Source: Monocercomonoides exilis PA203 (Eukaryota; Protista; Preaxostyla). From it: DNA of 64,000 nucleotides. The stretch covers positions 372,001 through 436,000 of the forward strand of contig LSRY02000048.1 of the NCBI GenBank assembly GCA_001643675.2, in the 5' to 3' direction. Position numbers and translations under genes: made by a program. The notes beneath the pieces were generated by a model. It saw only the letters and a program-made list of their open reading frames with translations. It was not told the origin of the DNA and ran no database searches. Below, piece after piece: positions 24,201-36,200 of this stretch (the stretch's first letter is position 1; the number at the start of each line of letters is the position of its first letter).

Positions 24201-27200
24201 ACTTCCCACACCCAGCTTCACCAAGTACGACAACAGGACCTGCAGATGCTGTTATTCCTGAATTGAGTGGCTCGTGGAAGCCAGGTGGGCTGAGAAGCAT
24301 GTGCAGCTCCATCACTTTGCGGATGATGGCTTCTCTTTGCTCGGGATGGAGCTTAAACATTTCCTGGGGTGGGTTGAGCACATATGAAGATGATGAAGAT
24401 GATGAGGTTGATGAGGTTGATGAAGTTGAAGATGTTGATGAAGAAGAAGATGAAGGCGATGTTGCTGATTCTGATGAGTTTCCTCCAAAGAATACACTTT
24501 TTGGAGGTTTTGAAAGAGGAACCTGAGCAGAGCTTGCAGCAGAGGAAGAAGCAGACGAAGCAGTATCCAGAGGCGACTGAGGCGCTGCTTTAGATCCATC
24601 TGATCCATCAGAATTGACATTTCCATCAGGAGAAAGAAAAGAAAGATCAATCGAGCTTTCATCCGCATTCGAATCCACACTCACTGAACGAGGATAAGAG
24701 ATCGACTCTCTGCGGGCTTGTGCTCCCTGTGAAGCAAAAGAGCCATCGTAGATGCTATCCAAAAGCAAAGACGGTTCATTCTCTTTCTTGTTTGAATAGC
24801 CTGGCAGTCCTTGCTTTGCTGTTAGAGAAGGATGAGAGGCGTCTGCACTGAATGTGTAGCCTTCATTGCTCAAAAGCTCACGCTGCCTTTGATTCGAAGC
24901 ATTCGAAGAAGACTTTGTGTTTTGAATCACTTCTTCGAACAACTGGAAGTTGCTTTTGCTGTGCGGCCTCAGAAACGCCGGTTCCTTCGCCAGGCAAGCC
25001 TCAGCAGCCGCCAGCTCTGCGCTTTCGTGGAAAGGCCCATACGACGTGATGAGGTTGGAGGAGATGGGGGATTCCAGATAGCGCGTCAGGAATGAGGTGA
25101 GGCGGTAGGAGAAAGCAGACTTGTCGGGAAAGAGGATGTCGTACGTTTGAGACATCAGATCGCCGTGCTGCACAATTGGGCTGCCTCTGTCAAAAGTGCC
25201 CATATGCTTTGAGAATTCTTTGAGGAGCACTTCTGCCACTTCGGGAAAGATGGTGCAGAACAGGTGCTTCAAGCGCTCGGCTTCGTCATCTCTCATAATG
25301 CACGACACATGTCTGAATAGTGTGATACACACAGAGATGGACTCTGTCACGAATATCATCTTTTCACTTCGAAGTGCAAAATCCAGCATAGTCAGTTGAG
25401 GTTGTTCTGGATCGTTTATTGAGGAGAAAGTCGATTCAACAGAACCGGCTGCGCCTGAGCTGTTGGGACAAGTGCAGCGAGTAACCTTCTTTCGATACAA
25501 CAATGGAACTGATTGAATGTTTGCTTGTTTGTGGTTCGTGTGTGCATTGTTTGATGCAAAGTGATTTCCAGATTTGGACTGATGATGATTACGCTGTTGA
25601 TGAAATCCATCTGTTGCATTTGAATGTGCAAAATGAACTCTGTTCTCATATCCACTTTGTTGTTCTCTGCTGTTCACATGTGGCCCAATGTCTGCGGGAG
25701 AAGTTGGATGAGAAGGCATTTTAGCTTGCGCATTGAGTGTGCCTGCTAATTCTGAGCCGAAAAGTGCCTGGCTCATCGTGTCTTCTTTCATGACGTAGTC
25801 TTCCAGGAAAGAAGGGACGTTGTTGTTATCTCCAATCCATGTCAGTATTGGCAGTGCAAATTGAGTGGACAGCCGCATCGGATTCTCCAGAATAGGTTTA
25901 ATGTATCGCTCAATCACAAACTCCTTTGTCATTGAAGCATGTTTCCCAACTGTCGCCATGATTCCATCAGTAATGTTGATGTTTCTTTTCGAGAGAAGGC
26001 AGAACTCTGAGCACAGATATGCTGCTCTTCTCGAAAGCACCTCAGCATATTTGAACCCAGATAGCGTCAGATCCACCATCAAACTTGACTGCGGAGACGG
26101 ACGAGTCAGCACAACAGGTCTCAGCAGCCTTCTGAGCGATTCTGGATAATGTTCTCCTGTTGCATTCAAAGATGAGATGCCAAATAAGCAGAAGCCAGGC
26201 ACAACAAGCGTGCTGCTGTCTTCGGTGAAGTGGCATCTGTGCACTCCCTGCCGTGCTGCATCTGCCACTTTCTCCAACACAACGCCAAGTGTCTCAAGGC
26301 AACTCTGTGAAAGCAGGTGGATGTTGCCAATCACACCCCAGACACCAGAGCCCGCTATCCCCCTCACAAACGAGATGATTGTCCGCGCTGGATCGCAGTT
26401 CTCAGCAGCACCCACATTGAATATCGATCTGCCACAGTATGTGCCCAGCTCCTTGACGTAGTCAACCAACGGGTAGAAATACTGGCTCATCAGCAGAGCC
26501 ATTGAGGGCCTGTTTGAAGCAGGCATCACGAACGAAGCTTCAGTGAGCGAGGAGCGGAAAGCTGATGTGACGTCATCAGATGAAGGTGCTGGTGTTGGGA
26601 GAGATGAATTGACAGAAGACAGAAATTGCACAGCAGATGGGAAAAGATGCTCTGAAGTGGATGAAGGAGAAGGCCCTTCATTCAAGAACTTCACCATTGA
26701 TGGAGGGAACATTGAAGAGATGCAAGATGTGATTTTGGTCAGCAGCTGAGAGGCATACAAGGATGAGTGAATGGTATCGCTCAACTCCTTCACGATCCCA
26801 TCATCCACAAAAGTTGTTGAGAAGAATGTGTATGATGTGAGTGCAGACAGCTCAAAGCCCAGATACTGGAAACCATATGGCAGCATCGTTGGGCCAAACA
26901 GCACAGACATCACAGGCTGTGAATAATCAGTGATTTGTGTAGATGTGTTCTTTGTCATCTGTTGGAATGTGCTGATGGGTGTTGTGCCAGGTCTGTTGAA
27001 CAGGAAAGACGAGGAACGTTGCATTCCTCCAGTTTCCACTTGCTTTGAGTTCATTGCGTGTGCTGACACTTCCTTTACCAGTTTAGAAAGCGCTTCTGTG
27101 GCAGGAATGTAATAAAACGGGAATTGGTACGCGAACACTGTCATATTGATCAGCTTTGTCAGTCGCGAAATACTATTCTTGTTTCTGTTGATGAACGAAA

Positions 27201-30200
27201 TCGCCCTCATCACAGGCAACAGAGTCAGCATGGCATGCTCCACTTTCAGCCGCACAGGCGAAGGAACATCATACGACTGCATGATCTGCAAAGCAGAAAA
27301 TAGCAACTGCACCTCTGCCTGCATCTGATGTAGATTGAGGAAGACTAATCTCAATTTATCTTGGAATTGCTCATCGGTGATCAAAGGAGCGCAGAACTGA
27401 GGCATCTTCGCTTCTTCCTCAGAAGAATAGCGAGCAACAGCGTCTCGTTCAGTCAGCAGCTTCTGCAGTTCGGACAGCAGCGCTACCAGACGATAATTGA
27501 AGTGTGCAGTGAATGATACAGACACAGCTTGTGCGATGGTCTTTTCCAGGAAGAACCGGACACGAGGCGTCACTCCCATCAGAAGTGCAGAGGAAATGAA
27601 CTCCAGCTGCTCATCGAGAATCTGATCCATCAGACTTGGAGCCAGTCCCAACATCTGATTGAATGGGCGGAGTGTTTGTGGAGTCTTTGCTTTGCTCTCT
27701 TTTGCGTGCTCGCTCTCGCTGATGGACTCAAAGATCTTGTCCAAATGGGATGGGTTGTGCGGCAGTGGGCTTTGTGGGTTTGCATCTGCTGCTTCATTTT
27801 GTGGTGATAAGTTATTTTGATATGTACCTGTGCTTCGTGCTTTTGAATGAATAGCTGCCACAACCTCAGGTGGCATTTGCAAGTGCACATCTTGACCCTG
27901 ATTGCCTTCTTCACCCAGTCCTGCTTTCATTGAAGCATTCCAGCTGCCTTTCTGTCTGGCACCTCCTGCTCCAACAACAAAGCGGTCATACACAGTTGCA
28001 TCTTCACAGGCCTCTTCCTCTTCACCCGCAAACCCTCCATCCAATTGTTCCAGCGTGAGGAGATCGTCTTTGGTGGATGCAGGAGACAAGGATTCCAGTG
28101 GCTCATTCATTATGTCCACCAGCTGCTCCTCGTCATTTCTCGAAAATTCTTCCATTTCTTGCTCCAATCTGCGGAGGTGCCTCATCTTCCTCTTCTGTTT
28201 GTGGTGATGCTCAATCATCCTTTTGTCTCTCGGGATTTTCACACCAAAGATAGAATGCCTTCTTTTTCCCTTCGAATAATTCTTCCTTTCAACGTCTGCA
28301 AATGACACCGAATCCTTGCTGATTTGCTCGATGAAGCTGGGTGACGACTGATGATACTCACCAATGGACGGAATGGCTGAGTTGTACAGCTCCAGCGGAA
28401 GTGTAATCACTGCTTTCATAATCAGATTCATCAGCTCCGTTCTGACAGCACTGTCAAATGAACGAAGGAAGCTAATGATGTTTCTCCCAGGAACAAAATC
28501 AATAGGACGCTCAAACACAAAGTGCTCCCCTAAAATCCCATGTGCTCCAGATACGCTAAACCGCAGGTTTGCACAGCTGTTTTGGCTTCCACTGATCATT
28601 CTGTTCTGATTTGAAGAATAATTCAGCAGTCTGTTTGGGTGTCTGAATTCAAATGGCATTCCAACTATGTTGCTTGAGGCAGCAGTTGACATGCGCTTGG
28701 GAAGTGTTGAAGAAGATACTTGATGATACTGATCTTCAACCACGCCATCTTCTAACAGATAATCTTCCTCTTGTTTTTGCAGCAAATATTCTTCGTCCAT
28801 CTGCATTTCAGCCAGTTCGTCTCCTCCCTCGTTGTCATTCACTCTTTCTTTGCGCTCATTCATCTTTGCCAAAAAGTCCCTCATCTGCGAATTACTCACG
28901 GCCTTGCTGCGTTTTTCACTGAAAGAGTTGCGTTTTCCAATGCTTGACAGAATCGGCAAAGCAGAACTTCGCCTTCCTTTGAAGTACTTTCGTGGATGCT
29001 TCATGTCTGATTCACGAGAAATCGAGCGTCTTTTGTTCCTTTCACCAGATCTTCTCAAAAAAGCAGCCATTCCTCGCTCGCTTCTGTCTCTTCCTCTCGA
29101 AAGAGAGGTTGAATCGACGCTGTCTGTTGCAAAATTGAAGGAAATGGACATCGAATCCGCAGCTGATGACTCAGAAAGCGATCTCCTTCTGCTCGTTCTT
29201 TCAGATGTGGTGCTTTCAGATGAGTCGCTTCCGATCATAGAAGACGATTGGATGGTAGTTTTGCTGGACTTTGAAGAGTGCTGGCGAGAACGACGCATTG
29301 GCGACGAATCGAGAGCGGACAGTGAAGAGTCGATGTTATTTGACGATGTGCTCTGCTTCATCTCAGAAGGAGGCGGAAGATAATGGAACGAAGATGAGAT
29401 TTGTGCTTCATTCCCCACATTGAAGTGTGGATGGGTCACCTGCACAGTCGCGGCAGATGCCATCATGTCGCCGGCCGAGCTGAGGCTGCCAGAAGGTTTT
29501 CTGCTGCTGCTGATGGAGTCACGGAGAGGCACCAACGAAGACTGCCGAGAATGTGAATGGAACACAGAAGATGAATCTTCCTGGTCAGACTGGTACAGTC
29601 GTGAGTGTTTGAGCAGCGATGATTCATCGTGTGTCGAGCTGGCAGCGACAGACACAGCCATCTGCCCCATCCCTTCCCACTCCATCGAGTTCTGCCTCAG
29701 AAAGGCCTGCGACGGGATGGACATGTATCTTTTCCGCATTTCTCTGCCAGGCTGCGAAAACGACCTTCGGCGCAAGTCCTGTGGGCCGAAGTTGGAGACG
29801 GAGAGAGAAGATTGCTGCAAGGAATCAGAAGTGAGTGTTGACTGCAGCTCTGAATACTGCTGATGCGGTGAAATCATCGTTGGAGAAGTTGTCCTCTGTT
29901 GAGAGTGGTGTGATGAAGGCACAAGCGACGATGAAACCAACGGAGGCAAATTACGCCTCGAGGCGCTTAAGTATGCAGCATTTCCATCTGGTGGAAGCGA
30001 CTTGTATCTCAGCCGAGCAGCATTGCTGATTTTGGGATGGCTCTTCCCAAAGTTCTGGGAAGAGTCCAAGGCATCGGAAAATGGGCTGTTGGGAATCATC
30101 ATTCCACTCATCTGCTGCGAACTGTCGTTTGATTCTGCAACAGAAATGCCTGTGATCGTATCGTGTCGTGTGTCAATCGAAGGATCTGTCAAACGTGGAG

Positions 30201-33200
30201 AGCCTGTTTTTCTCTCACCTCCTGTTGTTTCTTCATCATTCTGTCCCATTCCCTGCTGTTGTGTCTTTCCTCTCCTGGCACCGTTTGTTCCATTGTCAGA
30301 AAATGCTCCAAAAGTTCCCTTTGAGCTGAGTGTGCGTGAGTGTGCTCGCATGTGTGACTGCACTGCAGCTGCTGCTTCTGCAGCCTGTGGGTCGCCCACA
30401 GTCTCAAAAAAGGTGTCGCTCGAATCGTCTGCGCAGACAGTGCTGTTGTTCATGTTGTTCTCATTCCATTCATCATCCCCAAATGACTCAGAAGACAAAG
30501 CAGACGAGTCGCTTGATGCTCCGTCGAAGTACATACGGTTGGCGCTTCTGCCTCTTCGGGGAGATCTTCCTTCACCAGTGCCAGTCAGCTCCAAGGAAGA
30601 AGTGGAGGTTGAGGAGTTACAGCCAAGTAGCTCAGAAGACGAGTCGGTTGAATCTCCTCTTGTGTTGCACGCCTCTTCTCGACGAAGGCGCCTTCGTTCC
30701 TTTTCAATCATTATTCTTGCTTTAAGTGTGCTGCTCTTCTTCGCCTCTTGTCCTTCTTCCTCCATCAAACATACATCTCGGATGTTCGGAAACAAACGTT
30801 GCAGACATGTCTTTATTCCGTGTGGAGAGCGTGTGAATGACAGAAGTTGTGTTATTTCTTCTTCAGACAGCAGGAACAGCCTCGGAAACTGGTCCTGCTT
30901 CTTCAGAATGAACGGCTTGAGGAGGTCTTTGCAGTCACTCAGCTGTTTGTGGATCGAAGGCAAGATGTGCGAGATGAAAGAATCCGGTGCAAACGAATGG
31001 ATAACCACTGGATCTTCTCTAATTTTGTTCATGAGCATCTGCCAGTCATCGCGAATCTTCACAAACAAACGCATTTCTCCGCGAAGTGCAACTGCCACAT
31101 CGTATGACTCAAACAGACCCCGCAGCGACATCCACAGCCGCTGTGCGTTGATAAACAAGGAAAGAATAGAAGTCAATGAATCCACAGTGGCAGAGAACGG
31201 GAGCAGCTGGTTGAGGAACACAGAAACATGTGCGGAGTATGTGAGAGAAGAGAGAGTCACAAGTGTTTCATTGGCTTCAGAAATTGCAATGTCGCATGAC
31301 TGCTCTGAAATAATGACATCTTCAAACTTGCGCAGTGAATCTGTGGAGTTCGAATCAGGTTGGTGGCCGTGCATTCCCTTGTTGCCCATGTGATCCATTG
31401 GCATGTCAGAATGAGGGGCATCAATCATCGAAGCATCGATTATTGGCACAGCACACCCATCGTTCTGGTCGCTGATCTCGCAGAACATCAGCCGGATGTC
31501 TTCTTCCCACTTTCGCTGCAGCCTTTTGAGCTCCTCTTCGACTTTCCTCTCACCAAACACAGAAGAAATGAGCGATGCCAGTTGTGCGCTGTGCAGATGA
31601 GGCTGTGCATCGATAAGTGTGCCCATGAGTGGCGAGATAACCTCTTCCTGAAGAGAAGGTGTGTGTTGCATGCCAGACAGCACTGCTGCTTTCATCTTCA
31701 GCGCCTTCTGCTGCCGCGCAGTCTGAATGAGAAAGTGCGGATTCTGCGAATGGAATGAGCAAAAGCGCTGTGTTGAGGTCTGATCGCTTGTGATGCTTGG
31801 AGATTGTTGAGGAAACGAGCCAGACAGAGACGACTGGTAGAACAGCGCAGGCGATGAATCAGGCAAAAGATCGGATTTGTCGTCGCTCTGTCCCTTTGAA
31901 AGTGAAGCGATTTCAGCCAGCAGCTGTGTGTGCCGTGTGATGAATGCTACTTTCTCCCAGTGGCGCTTCCTGAAGTCTCTATGCGGGATGTGTGCGATGG
32001 AGTGCAGTGGCTGGGCAACAGAGCTTATATCGCTTGCTAGTTGCTCCTGTGTCTGCATTGCATGTGATCTGTAGTGCTTTGAAGCCTTCACTCTCATCTG
32101 CTCCATCACTTCTATGTCAGCCATGAACCCGTTTGCACGCACCTCCGCCTCAGCTGCCACTTTGTCTGTGAATGGCTCTTTCCTCAGGTCCTGCAGCCAC
32201 TGGTGGAACTGTGTGTATGTTGTGGCCAGCTTCTCCTCGTACTCCATCTTCAGCAGCTCCGACTCTAATGCCTGTGACTTTGTCTGAGGGATGTTCAGCA
32301 AGATCTCGTTGCGGTTGATGGAGACAAGCTGGTTGAAGGCTTCCTTCAGATGGTCGACAAACATTTGGATCTTCTCTTTCTTCAGCATCATCGACGTCAC
32401 ATCGTTGTCGCTCCGCTTCAGCTGCAGCTTCCGAAACAGCTTCGACTGGTTCAGCATAATCTGCAGCGACATCTCAAAATTGTTCTTCTTCGACATCGTC
32501 TGCGACAGAAACGCTATTTTCTTGCTTTCCAATGTGGCGAAAAACTCTTCAGAGGCGATTCTTATCTCGCTCGATGCGTCCTTCAGCTTCATAATCAGCA
32601 CTTTCAGCTTCTTGTTTGTGTGTCCGCTTGCAATCTGTTCGAGCGAGTCCACCGTCTCCTTCGCATCGTCATAGCACAACTCGCATTGCTCTGTATCGTC
32701 CTTGTACTCATTCAGCAGCTCTGATATTTTGTTGATTTCGTCCATTGAGCTGCAGTTGTTGATGATCGAAGAAGCAGATTTTGACTCAACTGGAGATGGT
32801 GCAATCAACGGTACATATGAAAGTGTGCCCTGATCGGTAGATTTCGGCAGTTGATTTGCTTTGCTTTGTTCTTTGCTTGTTTGAGTTGAATAAGGAGAAG
32901 GAGAAGGAGAAGAGGAGGAAGCAGCCAGATTAGCTGTGCTGTTTTCTTCAATAAATGGTCCCTGTGTCTTCTGCGTGGCTGCTGCGTTGACAATAGCAAG
33001 AAGCCTCTTTTTGAAGTTTGAGAGGCGCAGATCCAGCAGTTTCAGGTGCTCAACTGTCATATCTTCCAAAAAAGTGACAAAATGCTGTCGCCAGCTGAGC
33101 AGTTTTTCAATCAGATAAGGCAAAAGAATCCGTGAGGAAGTTAAGACCATCCCACGAGTGACAGGGAATGGGGAGAAAATTAGAGACAAATACTCAGCCA

Positions 33201-36200
33201 GCTGGGAGATGGGGTACTCCATCGAGAGGTCAGAGATCTTGGAGGTGTCAAACCCGTCTCGTTGGTAGGGAGATAGTGATGCTGACATTGATGACACTGA
33301 TGATGATGATGATGCTGAGGCTGAAACTGAAGCTGATGGAGGCGATTGCAGTGTTCCAGAGGGCTGGTGCATCTCTCTCAGCAGCAGCTCCTGCATTAAG
33401 TGTGCTTCTGATGGTGCAGAAATGCCAGGCTGGTCAAGCAGCATTTGAACAGAGTTATACGACGACTTGTCCAAATGCGAGGATTTCAATGAAAAATCTT
33501 TCAGAATCTGTTTCAGATTTGCTTCCTTCTGCTCTCTGAGGATGTTTAAATCAGCAGAATATGCCTTCGCCTTCTGATGCACTCTGTTCATGTTCACGAT
33601 CGTCAGCACCACAATCCACATCGACAGCCTCCGGATGGAGCGGAGCACGTACTGCCGGATCGCAATGAAGAACGCTCGCTTCTTCTGCACATCTTCTCTG
33701 CCTTCGAGACACTTGTGCATGTGATTCGACAGAGAAACAATGGAGCAGAAATACGAACCACAGATAGTGCAGCGGTAGGGCTGGGGGTCTGGAATGAATG
33801 TCTCCACAGGAGATGTGGGATCGTGGGGTACTACAGGGAACAAAGCACAGAAGCTCGGAGACACTGCAGACGAGTAGGAAAGCCGCACTCTATCGTAGAC
33901 AGATTGGTGGCGCTGGTCAACACACATTGAAGGCACTGTGCACACGATAAACTGCTCATTCGGAGCGATCTCAATCACATTGCGTGATCTGGGCGCACAA
34001 TACTGGAGCCTGTCTCGGATCTTCTTGTTTGTGGCATTTTCGCCTTCGGATTCAGAACGCTGTGTCTCTTCGAATGTGTTCTGGCTGCTTTCCTTTGTGG
34101 CCAACGTGGAGAGAGAAGTTAAAGATACAGAGGCTATTGAAAGAGATGGGATGTTCAGTTTATTTACAGCTGATGTCTTTGACTCATTACCTTGTGAACT
34201 TTTTTGTCTGTTGTGGTTTGTTCCATGCTGCTGCTTCTTCTTCTTGTCATCCAAATCTGCATCGATTTCTTTTTGTTGTTTTTCGTTTATGATGCTTTGC
34301 TCTTCTTCGTCTTCGTCTTCTTCATCGTTGTCTTCTTCCTCTTCCTCTTCTTCATCCTCCTCCTCCTCTTCTTCTTCTTCTTCATCTTCACCTTCGCCTT
34401 CAGCAAATCTCTCCGTTTCCTTCTTTCTCAAATGATTTTCTGTGCGAAGTTGATCGTTTTCATTGGAATCGTTGCTTTCTTCATCAGAACTTGTCTGATA
34501 TGTCTTTATCCTGTTATTCATTGAGTTTCTGTTCCGTTTGGCTTTGGCAGAACCTAAAGCAGAAATATTACGTGAATCAGATGAAGAAGAAGAAGATGAT
34601 GATGATGATGAAGTATTATTATTTTCACCACTTGCTTTGTTTGCATTCATTCTTTCTTCATTTCTCTTCTTTCGTTTTGTGGCAATCCCTTTCAACAATT
34701 CAGAATTCTCCACTTCACTTGCTTTTGGCTTCTCAATCGTCTTCCTCCTCACCAAATCCGCTCGATCCAAATGAGCAAAGCGTTCAGGTGCAGAAAACGT
34801 GGGTAGATCTCTTCTCTGCCCAGGAGCAGATGCCAAAGAAGAGAGAGTGGAGCAGATGAGCGAGATATCCACAGTAAATGCCCAGCGAATCACAGCAAAG
34901 CGGTTGAGGAGCGTCGTACGCAGGTTTGTTGGCCCCACGTAGCAGATGGAAGTACAGAGCGTTGCCACAATCAGAGGACGCGAGGAGGAAATCAGCTCCC
35001 ACATTGAGTCTTCTGCCTTGATCTGATCGGCTGGCTGCTCAGCTATTGTCAGAAACCGCATGTTCGACGGGATGGTTGCATTGATGGCTGGCGAGAACGA
35101 CGACGGCATCTGCTCCGGGTGCCTGTTGGTATGCAGACGCGTGTCAAACCCATTTTTCACTGAAGACGCCTCAGAGTCGCTTTCAGAATAGCTGTTTTTC
35201 TCCTTCACTGCTTTCAAGCGAGGAGAAGATTTTCTGGGTGAAGAAATGCTTTTTGCAGAGAGGCGGTTGTTTCTGTCGAGAAAAGCTCGTTTTGAACGAG
35301 AAGGTGACTGCGAACGAGAATACAAGTGGAAAGCGGATGAGAGCATCGGAGAATGTGAATACGAGCTGCGAGAGCGATGGTGCTGAGGCTGCGAAAGAGG
35401 GCGTCTTGTCTTGCTGGTGGTGTAGTTGTAGCTATTGCTATTGTTATTGCCATTGTTATAATTGTTAATACTGCTGCTGCTGCTGCTGAGGTTGATGCTT
35501 GCATTGACTGAGCCGTTTCTGCCTCTCAGTTGCCCACCAAAGTCCAATTTCCTTCTGAAGAGGCTGTTGGCATACTTGTTCTGGATCGATGAACCCAGAC
35601 GCAACGAACGCGAAAGAGGAAATTTCTTAATTGCCAGCAAAGAATCAGGCTTTGTGAGCTTCGACTGTGTCTTTTGCTGCTTCTGCTGGCGAAGAAGCTG
35701 ACGCTGACTTTGCCGCTGGCGTTGTGCCAATTGCAATTTCGGGATTATTTTGCTCTCATTTTCTGAAAGAATACCACTTGGTGGGAGGGAAACAGTCAAC
35801 GAGCGGTTTCTCTGAACAATTGCATTAGAAGATGCTTCTTCTTCTTCTTCTGATGTTGGCGCTGATGATGAAGGAATCACCATCGACATCGCCATCTTCT
35901 TCATCCTCTGATTGAACTGCGGCCTTTGCGGATGGAAATGTGATGGCTGAAAGCTCGTCAGGTTTGTGTAATCATCTGTTACTTTCCAATCCTTCACACA
36001 CACACTCGTCTCCAGCTTCGGCAAGTTTTGCACTGTTTTGAAGAGATACTGGAAGATGTCGTTGATCCCGACTTGCACAACAGAGGCGCTGGGGCCGTAG
36101 ACAAAGCGGTTGTTGGAGAAGGAGAGGTCGAAGTACAATGGAGCAACCTCACCAGACTTGTAGTAATACACATTTGTGTGGAATCTTTCAGAAAGAACGT

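Noticed and set aside
30002-31393. 463-aa plus-strand ORF, and similar antisense ORFs such as 17561-18574, 18719-19513 and 9521-10213
   Set aside because: They lie antisense to the giant dynein, have no recognisable motifs, and are expected shadows of a long coding frame.
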